Below, one piece after another: positions 9,458 to 19,790 of a stretch of 64,000 nt of DNA (positions within the stretch are counted from its first letter, which is position 1; the number at the start of each line of letters is the position of its first letter). Under the pieces are notes generated by a model that was not told the origin of the DNA, ran no database searches, and saw nothing but the letters and a program-made list of their open reading frames with translations. The position numbers and the translations under genes are program-made. Source of the DNA: a virus (Duplodnaviria > Caudoviricetes); IMG/VR virus record IMGVR_UViG_3300037400_006508, positions 1 through 64,000 of that record; one strand, 5' to 3'.

Positions 9458-11210
9458 ATGACGGTCAACAACTACGGCAACCTGATGGTGTGCTGGAACG
9501 ACAGGGTGTCGGAGGACTACGCCTGGAAAGTGGCTACGGCGGCCCTGGCCGAGGAGGGGATCGACGAGGACGAGTACGGCGTTACCTTCAACAGTAAGGA
9601 GCGCGCCATCGAACTGGAGGACTATCCGGGATCGTTCCTTGAAGACTCCCTGAGAAACGTGCAGAAGGCGATCGGTCCGAACGTCTGGCTCGAAGGCAAC
9701 CTGGAGTACTACGGGGACTACGACGGATGGATCGACGTCACAAGAGACGGGGTCGAGTCCGGAGACAAGTCGTCGGAAGATCTCCATTACGCCCACGACA
9801 AGACGCTGATTGAGATTCTCGAAAAGCGCGGGTACAAGGTCACCAAGGTGAAGAAAGGGAAGAAGAAATGAAGCACATGGGAACGACAACACACCTCAGC
9901 ATCAAGAACCCGGAGCAGGCGCTCGAAAAGCTTCTTCTTGAACGAGAGAAGAGGGCTACCTATTACTGGAAGATGCAGGACGGCAGCGAGATCCTGGTCG
10001 ACTTCATGTCAGACCGGCATCTCGACAACACCATCAAGATGCTACAAAGGAAAGTGAACGAGCGAGCCCTCTACGAGGACGCACAGGAAGGATTCCCGGA
10101 CGACTGGAAAGAGGAGGACTGCCTGTGAGCCACTACAGGGGATACGTCGTTTCGTTCGACAAGAGGGTAAAGGATCCCTGGATGCCGGACGAGGAGACCT
10201 ATAACGAGCAGGTCAACTGCGACTACTGCGAGGTGGAGAATCTTCCGAAGAAAGAGCTTAGCGACCGTTTCGTCGAGTTCATTTGCGACATTCTTCCGGA
10301 CATACCGCATGCGATCTACCACAGGGTCCTGAAGGACGGAACCGTCAAGGTCGTCATCCCGCGGGGCTGCATCCGCCAGTTTCTGAAGAAGCAGGTCTCG
10401 GAGATCAAAGAGAAGGCCGGCGCCCTTACGCCGGACAACTTCATCCACGCGGCGCACGACGTCCACCATCTCACCGACTACGTGAACCCGTTCACGACCG
10501 TGTTCGTGGTGATCGACGATGGCGGCATGGAGGACTTCGACACGTACCGGCGAGCGCTCGCGTTCAGCCTGGAGGACAACGACAAAAAGGACACCGTGGT
10601 CTACGTCTACGGGTCCATCAACCACCACGCATAGGAGGTAACATGACTAGTAAAGTTGCAGCCGCACAGTTGCTGGAAGAGCAGGAGAAGAACCGTAAGC
10701 TTCACATCAAGGTAGGAGAACTGGAACAGAAGCTCTACGACATGGAAAAGAAGTTCATCGACGCCGTCAAGTACTCCTGTCCGGAGAAGTACATGAAGAT
10801 CTTCCACGACCACAAAATCCAGAGCCCGGAAGACCTGGATTTCAAGCTGGACAAGCTGAAGAAGATGGAAGACAAGGTTTCATACTTGCGTGGAGCCAGG
10901 AAGGACTTGGCATGCTTCGCGGATCTTCTGCACGTGGGGGCTGAACTCTATGTGGCACGTTGAATACGAAAGTCCGAAATCCGTCGCGTTCCAGCCGAAA
11001 CAGGACAACGTAGACAAGGAGATCCGGACGAAATTGAGGATCGTCCCGATCCACAGGATCAAGGAACTCTGGGAAACGGGGGACGAGAAGTGCTTCATGT
11101 CTCTGTACGACGACAATGGAACTGTCGAGATCGTGGAATTGGACCACGGGAACTTCTTTAACGTGGCAGGCGCCCTCGGATGGGACCTGTCTCCAGGAGG
11201 AAAGAAATGA
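9458..11210 (+). CDS. Run of small hypothetical genes (9458-9871, 9868-10128, 10125-10634, 10643-10963, 10950-11210)
   Basis: Overlapping start/stop codons, GGAGG-type RBSs, consistent codon bias. Confidence 0.6.
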
Positions 11211-12535
11211 GCTATTCAATGGCATTCAAAAACATGACGAAATACCAGCTTGAGTGCAAGGTACGAGAACTCGAGAGCCTGCACAAAATCGAGATCGAGA
11301 AGCTCAAAAAGGAGCACGACGTACAGGTCGAGTCCTACCGCAAGGTGGTCGAGGAGAACAAAACGCTCCGTGACGACCTTGCGGCGAAAGAGGAGTCCAA
11401 CAAGAAGCTCGCCGACCAGTTCTACGCTTATCGCGAAGAGCTGGTAAAATGGAAGAACGAGGCCGGAGACTGGCACAACAAGTACGACGGCACCACGGTC
11501 GAGCTTGCCGGGGTCAGAGGCGCGCTGAACCGGCAGTCGGAGCTACGCGTCAATGCGGAGAATAAAGCCAAGGAACTCGAGCACTTGGCCGACGATCTCG
11601 AAAAGCAGCGCAGGGAGCTAGAGGATTGGAAGACGGGCCAGGAGAACAACCTGAAGGAAGCCTACAGGAATCACGACGAGCTCAGCAACAAGGCGTGGAA
11701 ATGGGACAAGGTCCACGAGCTCGTGAACGCCCACGGCATCGACACCATGTCGAAGCTCAAGGACGCACTTGTAGAGCTCGAGCACAAGCGAGAGGACGTC
11801 GAGTCCCTGAAGACGAGCCTTGCCGACTGCTGCGCCGCCAAGATCAAGGAAGGTCGCGACCTGACTTCGAAGATCAAGTCCCTCAAGGAAGACCTGAAAA
11901 AGATGACGGGCTCGAGGGACTGGTACGTGAAAGAGGCCGCCAAGCTTCGCGGATGGTACGACAATCTTAAGAAACTCTACGACAAGGCCCGCAAGGAAGG
12001 CGAAGAAGGCTGCACAATGTGGCGCGAAGACTCGTGGAAGAACCGTGACGAACGCGACCACTACAAGAAGATCTACGAAGCCGCGGCCCGCAAGAACGAC
12101 GAGCTCCAGTGCGAGGTCAACAGGCTCACGCAGAAGGTTCAGGACTTCGAGAAGCGCCTTCCGGGAACCTACCTGGCGCTCCCCCGGCCGGACGACGAGA
12201 TCTGCGGTCGCAAGATCAAGGAATGGATGGGGTACAACGCCGTTCTGGTGAAGTACGGCATTCCGTCCCCTGAAAGCCTTGACGCCAAGCTAGACCCGTT
12301 CGAGCCAGCCAGGCTGACGGCCACGAAGTCGTACAACGTCATGAAGGACTGGTGCGTCAACGACGACAAGGATCTGTACGACAAGCTTAGCCTACTGTCG
12401 CGGTATCGTGACGTTATGGAAAAGTACGGTGTAGGAGGTCCAGAGGAACTCGACAAGTGCCTGGACCAGCGGCAGCGGATGAATCATACGCTGCATGTGC
12501 TGAAAAAGGACATCGAACAATTCAACCAGCCATGA
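11207..12535 (+). CDS. Long coiled-coil protein with a repeated ~20-aa C-terminal motif
   Basis: K/E-rich heptads; repeats such as YNAVLVKYGIPSPESLDAKL and YRDVMEKYGVGGPEELDKCL. Confidence 0.7.
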   Translation: MSYSMAFKNMTKYQLECKVRELESLHKIEIEKLKKEHDVQVESYRKVVEENKTLRDDLAAKEESNKKLADQFYAYREELVKWKNEAGDWHNKYDGTTVELAGVRGALNRQSELRVNAENKAKELEHLADDLEKQRRELEDWKTGQENNLKEAYRNHDELSNKAWKWDKVHELVNAHGIDTMSKLKDALVELEHKREDVESLKTSLADCCAAKIKEGRDLTSKIKSLKEDLKKMTGSRDWYVKEAAKLRGWYDNLKKLYDKARKEGEEGCTMWREDSWKNRDERDHYKKIYEAAARKNDELQCEVNRLTQKVQDFEKRLPGTYLALPRPDDEICGRKIKEWMGYNAVLVKYGIPSPESLDAKLDPFEPARLTATKSYNVMKDWCVNDDKDLYDKLSLLSRYRDVMEKYGVGGPEELDKCLDQRQRMNHTLHVLKKDIEQFNQP

Positions 12536-12891
12536 AAGATAAACCAAAGAGTCCGTTCCAGCGAGAAATGGACAACGAGCCTCTGAACGAGAAGTCCGAC
12601 GGTATCATGGTCCCGGGTTACACCGGGACCTGGTACGTCATCGACCAGACCTCGGAATTCGGCCCGCCCCTGTTCCTCCTGGAGAGCGAACAGGACGGAG
12701 ACGAATCAGCCTGCCTGATCGTCGACAAATGGGGAAATCCTGTTTGGGACGGCGTCTACAACGGATGGGACGACCTGGAGGAAGCGAAAGCATCCCTGGA
12801 CGTCATGTTCGTGAACCACTACGACACCGTCTTGAAGAAGCAGGAATGGCGCATTTACCGGGACATCGGGTGGAGAGGAGCGTTCGGATGA
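12532..12891 (+). CDS. Hypothetical mobile-element protein
   Basis: Coupled start; GTWYVID...LFLLESEQDGDESACLIVD segment. Confidence 0.55.
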   Translation: MKDKPKSPFQREMDNEPLNEKSDGIMVPGYTGTWYVIDQTSEFGPPLFLLESEQDGDESACLIVDKWGNPVWDGVYNGWDDLEEAKASLDVMFVNHYDTVLKKQEWRIYRDIGWRGAFG

Positions 12892-13094
12892 GCAAGGAAT
12901 ACGAAGTAGAGGTCGAACTGGACATGAAGTTCGTCGACACCGTGAAGGCGAGGACCAGGGCGGAGGCCGTGTGCAAGGCGTTCGAGAAAATGCACAAGTA
13001 CACGAAGCTCCTGCCTCCGGATAATTTCGTCCGGAGCGGATTCGACAACGATGAACTGAACGTAAGGGTTGATGGGGAGGACTACTACCGATGA
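12888..13094 (+). CDS. DpnD/PcfM-like small protein
   Basis: KEYEVEVELDMKFVDTVKARTRAEAVCKA: beta-beta-(V.A.....A...A) helix pattern. Confidence 0.5.
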   Translation: MSKEYEVEVELDMKFVDTVKARTRAEAVCKAFEKMHKYTKLLPPDNFVRSGFDNDELNVRVDGEDYYR

Positions 13095-13346
13095 AGATCG
13101 AAGAATTCAACACATGCGACCTCGTGCGTGAGCTTGAGAGGCGCAAGGAGGCGATTCTCATTTTTCGCAAGGACGACATAAAGACCTGCTGTGATCAGTC
13201 GAAAGGTCTTTTGACTGACAAGTGCGTCGACGACATCATGTCCAAGTACGATGTCGAGAACGAGATCCTTACCGCGGCTACGGAAGCAGTGGAGGAGATC
13301 CTGTACGACTACGAACGTTCCGGAAACAAGCTGAGGTACGACTGAA

Positions 13347-13931
13347 ATGCCAAACCACATCACAAATAGGTTGAAGATCACGGGCCCGAAGGAGCTCGTG
13401 AGGAAGATCGTCGACGAATGCGCCGGCGACAAGGACCAGCTTATCTGGGGATACGGCGGGGAAAAGGTTCCAAACCCGTTCGACTTCGACAAGATCGTGC
13501 CTATGACGGACGACGTGAAGAAGTCGATCGACGATCCGTCGTACTACCCGCCCGGATATCTGGAAAACTGGAAACCGGACAATCCAATGTTCACCCGTCC
13601 GATGGAGTATTGGTACGAGTGGTGCCTCGAAAACTGGGGTACAAAGTGGAACTCGTACGAGCCGTCGATCGACGAGGACGGGTCGGACGGGAAGTGGGTC
13701 GTGTGGTTCGACACTGCATGGTCCGCACCGGAGCCCGTGATAAACGCGCTGGCCCTGAAGTACCCTGGAGTACACATCGACCACAGATGGGCGGATGAGG
13801 ACATCGGGTACAACTGTGGGATCCGCCGTTACCGCACGTTCATGGGCAAGGTACAGGTCAATTACACCAACATGGAGGGCCACAAGCGGTGGTGCCGCCG
13901 TGTGAAGAACAGGAGCATTGGAAATGACTAA
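13347..13931 (+). CDS. YubB/DUF1281-like ferredoxin-fold phage protein
   Basis: MPNHITNRLKITG, WYEWCLENWGTKWN, FDTAWSAPEPVINAL..KYP. Confidence 0.75.
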   Translation: MPNHITNRLKITGPKELVRKIVDECAGDKDQLIWGYGGEKVPNPFDFDKIVPMTDDVKKSIDDPSYYPPGYLENWKPDNPMFTRPMEYWYEWCLENWGTKWNSYEPSIDEDGSDGKWVVWFDTAWSAPEPVINALALKYPGVHIDHRWADEDIGYNCGIRRYRTFMGKVQVNYTNMEGHKRWCRRVKNRSIGND

Positions 13932-16900
13932 GGGAAAAGGCCGCCACCTGACGCTCTCGCAGGACGTCGGAAACGAGATCAAGTTCTACCTTGACGACGA
14001 CGGCAAGATCCACCGCGGCAAGATCGTCAAGATCTTCGTCGAGGTGACTGAAGATGACACCGAAGTGGAATACGAGGTGAAGACCAGGTTCCGCGGCAAG
14101 CAGGATTATGCGCGCATCAGCGGAAAGGACATCATCGGATGAAGATCGACAAAGAGAACATGGAGCACGTCCAGGAGATCCTAGACAAGTACAAGGTGGA
14201 TGGTCTGAACGATCTAGACCGGCGTTTGTTCGAGTGGGGCGAGGAGAACATGAAGGTCTTCGAGGTTTCGATCCCGAAGACCGTCATGTTCAAGATCCGT
14301 GTGAACGCCGTTAACTCTAACTCCGCGATCCAGATCGCCGAAGACATCCTCGACCTGTCCAGGACAGGCCCTGACGCCGAACACGGATCGTACAAGATCC
14401 TCGGTCCGTCCGGAAAAGCGTTCACGACTTCGACACGGGAGGTGAGAGATGCCTAAGGGTAATTACGAAGTTGAAATCCCGATCTTCGTGCGTCTTACGG
14501 TCGATGCCGAGATGCCGAACAAGAGGAAAGCGTACAAGGAGGCATGGGAGCGCATTCATGCGCTGTTCGACACCCTGCCTCCGGACATGCACTACAGCGA
14601 CCTGATGGAAGACGAGTATTCCATCGTTTACATCGACGGAGACACCTATGACGCCAGATAGCCAGGACGAACAAGGGCGCCCGAACTGTGACGCGTGCAA
14701 GTTCAAGAAGACCGGCAAGAACAAGGCGTACTTCAACATGGATCCCTGCAGGAAGGGGCACAGCGTGTTCTTCACGTGCTGCGTCACGGAATGCGGGGAC
14801 TTCAAGATCAAGGATGTCTACGCCAAGGAGGACAAGGATGAAAAAAGCTGAGTTCAACAAGCGCGGCACGAAGATGCTGGTGGACACGGGCTGGAAGGAA
14901 TTCGACCGTCAGACGAATTGTATCACCACGGGTAACGCCATCTGCAACACGCAGATGAGCACGTACATCCGCCCGTTCTCCGAGACGGAGTGCAACGGGC
15001 TCGTGTTCAGACCCGGAGAGCTGATGACGTTCGACTTGAAGCCGTATGTCAAGTATGGGATACCGGAAGCCGTCCTGAGCCTGTTGGAGTTCAAGGGAAG
15101 GAAGGACAGCCTTATCCTGTACATGTTCTTCACGACTCCGAAAGGACGAATCGAACCGGAACCGTTTCTGTGGGTGCTGACCACGAAGGAACCGCATCCG
15201 AAGCTGAAAATCAGCCGCGTCGTCTACCACTTCGGCCAGAGGTACACCAAGCGGTTCAAGGCCGAGGAGGAGATCCTGAAATACATCACGGAGGGTAATG
15301 ATGAAGGAATCTAAGATAATCGACACGCTCGGAAACCATTTCGGGCTGTTCGACAAGCCGGAGCTGATTCGTGCGGAGGACGGCGCCTGCGTAGCCTACC
15401 GTACGATCTGGACCCGTCAGGGACTGGACTTCGTATGGGACCGCAACTGCTGCTACGGTACCGAGAAGGACATCAAGCGCCTGGAGAAGTATATGGCCAA
15501 AATGGCCAAGAAGGTCGGCAAGTGGGCTGTCGACGTCGGAAGCGCTTCGGAAGAGGTGCTTTCCTTCGGGGAATACTTCGGCAAGGAGGAGATCGAGGGG
15601 ATTGCCTCCCCTCGTGGCTCCTACGGGTACGTCTACATCCAGATTCGTCTGAGGGCTCGGAAATGAGCTGTAAATGCTATAGCTACGGCGATGTGACTGG
15701 ATTGTCGTGGGACGAAGTCATGGAAATGGCCGTCAAGGACGCCGAGCACCTGGACGACAGAGCGGACGGTGGTGAACACATCCCGTCATGGTGGTTCGAC
15801 AAGGCCGTCAGATACGTCGGACAAAACAGATATGATCGTGGCGAAATCTACGATTACCGTGACACGACGCAGGAACTGTACGGAGAAAAGACTGTAAGAG
15901 TGCCGTCATTGGCCGAGATAATCGACAAGGAGGTTGCATGACGTACAGGTTTATCTACCACAACGACGTCTGGGGGAACCCGGACGACGGGTTCGAGGTC
16001 AACGCGTCCCAGGAGATGGGGAACGTCGAGCTCGACATCAAGGACGAGGACTCCGACGAGGAGGCGATCAAGAAGATCGCCGAGGCGCTGAAGGACTGGT
16101 TCTACCCGGAGAAGCTCCTGGAGGCCGGCCTCCATTTCGACAACAATGTCTGCGACGACCAGGTGTGGGAGCTCGACATTTCCCACGAGGACGGGGCGGA
16201 CGAGCCGTTCGGCAGATTGGAGAGGATCGATGTGGATCGTACAGGCGGGTAATCATATCCAGCACAACACCGTTGTCCGGAAGTACAAGGACTTCAAGAA
16301 AGCCTGGCGGGCGGCCGCTGCGTTTCGCGGAATCGGCGAAGATTCTCACGGTATGCCACTGGAGTGGATGACGTTGGGAAACAACTGGAACCATCCGCTC
16401 TACCGATGGTGTTGCGTGTACGATTCTACGCTGCCGCCGTGTTGGAGGGAGTACAAAACGAAAGGATCCGATAAATGAAGATAACAAGCGAGGAAGAGAT
16501 CGACCTGGAGAACTTCGATGCCTGGCAGGGCGGCAAAGATCGTCTTAACGAGCTGATCAAGATCGGCACCGTCAAGAAGGCCCAGCAGGAGATCGAGGAA
16601 CTGTTCCCGGACGGCATCGACGACGGCCAGCTCAACGACTGGCTGTGGTTCGATGTAGAGGACCAGCACCCGGAATGGTTCAACGACAATTGGGACGAGA
16701 TGCAGGAGGTCATCTCCAAGATCGAGAACAGGGACGATCCATGGTTCGTGACTGACGGCAACCTAAACGTCATCCTGACGTACGAGACCGATGACGACGA
16801 CGCACGGGTGTTCAAGCTCGAGGCCGAACTGCGAGGCAACGGGAATGCCTATCTCGGTGGCGAGGAGATCGACTACGATTTCGGCAAATCGTTGGAGGAG

Positions 16901-18518
16901 AACATGGCCGACTCGAAGATCGAGCTCATGCAGAGCGGCTACTACGAGAAGATTCCAGACGAATTCGAGTACGTCGAGGACTTCCCTACGTGGGCAATCG
17001 TTTACTGCATGTACGACGACTCGTCTGGCATGTCCGACGATGACAAGAAGCTCGTGGACGAGTGGATGGAGGAGAACGGGTACGGGGAACTGGTGAACGC
17101 GTTCGAGGAAACGAAGAATGACTTCAACAAGTACCCGGCGTTCGGTCTCGCCTGCGAGACCGAGACCGTGGTCATGAGGAAGAAAAAGGAGGATAACAAT
17201 GTCTAACTGGACACACGTGGCCGCGGTGTTCCGCGTCGACGACATGTCGCTGTTCACGGGAAAGTCCGTGGACTTCGACAAGGTCTTCGGCAAGGAATGC
17301 ATCTGGCTGGACGACTTGCACTCGTTCTGCAAGGAGCACAAGAAGGCCGAAGAGCACCCGGAGAAGTACCTCCCAATGGGGAGCGAGGGGAGCCTGCACA
17401 AGAACGTATGGATCAACCCTGACCAGTCTTCGATCGCCCATTTCGTGGTGACCGTGTGGGGCGACCTGCGCGACCACGACAGCCTGGACGACATCGAAAA
17501 GTGGTTCCGTGGATGCTGCGACAAGCTGAAGGGCTGCATCCGGCAGGCCACCTGCCTGGTCTCCAACGAGCTGAACGGCGACCGGACGATCTCGTTCCGG
17601 TTCAATGACGAAATCGAACCCAAATCAAAGAAAGGAAAGAAGTAAATGACCAAGGAAGCTGAAGACCTCTGCGCCAAGTGCGCGGAGGACCTCGCCAAGG
17701 CCAAGAAGGCCAAGGCTGAGGCGGACAAGACCATCAAGCAGTGCGAGAAGGACCTGAAGGACGTCTTCGCTGCGGAGGAGATCCTCACCAAAACGTTCTC
17801 GAACGGGTACACGGTCGAGATCCAGAAGGTCGCCGGCTCCATGATGGTCGACACGGATAAGCTGAAGGCGGCCGGACTGTTCGACCAGTACAGCAAGCCG
17901 AAGGCCGGATCCGTCCAGGTCAGGATCTCGAACCCGGACGACGAGTTCTTGTGCGGCCTCAACGAGCGCCGCGCCAAACACATCGAGGAGAGCAAGAATG
18001 GGAAAGCGTAAGGAGCTTTCCGGCTTCTCGGACCTGGAGCTAATCTGCGAGCTCCGGGACCGGGGGCTGGCCGTTACGGCATACGACTACAAGGACCTGG
18101 AGGATGTCGGAGTCCCGGAGAGCCGGCGCAAGAAGGCGTTCGACAGTATCCGCGGGGACCTGGAGGACTACATGGCCCACAGCGCGAACGAGTTCCTGGA
18201 CGACGAATTCAAGGGGTACCTGGACAAGATGCTGAAAAAGCTGGACAAGGAGGGCAAATGAGCGCAAAGGAATACAAGACATCGACCCTCGTGAGCGAGA
18301 TCCGCTCACGCGGAATCGCCGTGGCCGGAGTTGACAGGGACACCGTCTGGTGGTGGACGGGACACAGCTGGACATGGAGCCAGTGCCACGATTGGATCGA
18401 GAAGAACCGCAACGAGCTCGAGGCCGTCATGAAGAAGGCGGCCGAAAAGTACTTCGACAAGCAAATGGTTCAAAATCTTCAGCACCAGGTGGTCGGCGAT
18501 GAGGGACAGTCTTCTTGA
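13924..18518 (+). CDS. Run of about 14 small hypothetical genes (e.g. 14139-14456, 14449-14661, 14838-15314, 15298-15666, 15938-16252, 16475-17206, 17199-17645, 17646-18011, 17998-18261, 18258-18518)
   Basis: Contiguous, translationally coupled ORFs with RBSs; no confident family motifs. Confidence 0.6.
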
Positions 18519-19788
18519 GGCGTTCTTCGAGATGGACCGCTGGGAGGCGGCCATCAACAAGGGCCTCGTCAAAGACATCAACAAGGGCGTCCTGGCGAAG
18601 CTTTGCTCGCCAGACGGCCGAGCGGACATGTGCAAGGAACTGGAGGACGGAACCTATGTGGTCCAACCTCCGCATACGGCCAAGATCCCCAAGGACGACC
18701 CAGGGGAGTTCAGAACCGTGTACGTGAACGAGCCACGTGACCGTGTCATGCTGGCCATCGCGAACGACCTGCTGTTCGACAAGATGCCTGGCTCCGTCCA
18801 CCCGCGCTGCATGTCCTACCTGAAGGGCATCGGATGCGGGAAGGTTGTCAAGGAAGCGTCTGAGCGCGTTGTAAACGCCAAAGGACGCGACCTTGGCTTC
18901 AAGGCCGACCTGTCCAAGTACTTCGACAGCGTACCGATCGAGTTCATCGACCACGCCTTCGACATGGTGGAGGAGCGGCATGGCAAGTCCATGCTGATCA
19001 AGGCGATCCGGGACTACTACCATTCCAACACATTCTTCAATTCTGAGACGAAGCGGATGGAAGAAAAGTTCCAGTCGCTGAAGCAAGGCTGCTCCGTGGC
19101 CGCGTGGCTCGCCGACGTGATGCTCTACCACATAGACGAGAAGCTCTCCTCGATGAAGGGGTGGTACGTCCGGTATTCGGACGACATCCTATACATCGGG
19201 AGCGACTGGCAGGAGGCCATGTACGTCCTGGAGGACGAGCTGGCCAAGATGTCCATGAAGCTCAACCCGAAGAAGGTGGAGACGATCCGCCGGGACCGCT
19301 GGTTCCGTTTCCTGGGATTCAGCATACGCGGGAAGGACATCTCGCTCTCCAAACCGCGCCTGAAGCAGTTCCAGCACGAAATCGAATGGAGATCGACCAA
19401 GTGTCCGAAGCTGTGGAGGATGGAGAACAAGGAGGTCGCGTTCAAGCGGTGCGTGAAGCGCATCTGCCGGTTCCTGTACAAGGGCGACGGCAGGCACTCC
19501 TGGGCCTCGTCGGTTCTGCCCGTGATGAACGTGCGTGCGGACGTTGACGAGCTGTCGAAGTTCGTCATGGACTGCATGCGCGCAATCAAAACGGGGAAGC
19601 GCCGTACCGGTGGGCTTGGCTACGACTACAAGGGTGAGTACGGGGTCGTAATCCGCGGACGCGGGCAGAACGTTACCGCGAACCGTCAGAAGGTCCCGGA
19701 GATCCCTAACTTCTACTCGATCGCGGCCATGCAGAACGCCATGCGCACATCCAGGGGCGCGTACGAGGCGCTGTGCGCCGCGATGTAA
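18499..19788 (+). CDS. Reverse transcriptase (unknown-group type, possibly UG27-like)
   Basis: IPKDDPGEFRTVYVNEPRDRV (RT1-2), KADLSKYFD (RT3), LKQGCSVAAWLADV (RT4), YVRYSDDILY (RT5), LNPKKV (RT6), FRFLGFSI (RT7); 429 aa. Confidence 0.95.
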   Translation: MRDSLLEAFFEMDRWEAAINKGLVKDINKGVLAKLCSPDGRADMCKELEDGTYVVQPPHTAKIPKDDPGEFRTVYVNEPRDRVMLAIANDLLFDKMPGSVHPRCMSYLKGIGCGKVVKEASERVVNAKGRDLGFKADLSKYFDSVPIEFIDHAFDMVEERHGKSMLIKAIRDYYHSNTFFNSETKRMEEKFQSLKQGCSVAAWLADVMLYHIDEKLSSMKGWYVRYSDDILYIGSDWQEAMYVLEDELAKMSMKLNPKKVETIRRDRWFRFLGFSIRGKDISLSKPRLKQFQHEIEWRSTKCPKLWRMENKEVAFKRCVKRICRFLYKGDGRHSWASSVLPVMNVRADVDELSKFVMDCMRAIKTGKRRTGGLGYDYKGEYGVVIRGRGQNVTANRQKVPEIPNFYSIAAMQNAMRTSRGAYEALCAAM

Positions 19789-19790
19789 AA

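Noticed and set aside
11207-12535. Rad50/SbcC partner for the Mre11-like nuclease
   Set aside because: Coiled-coil only; no Walker A/B or ABC signature
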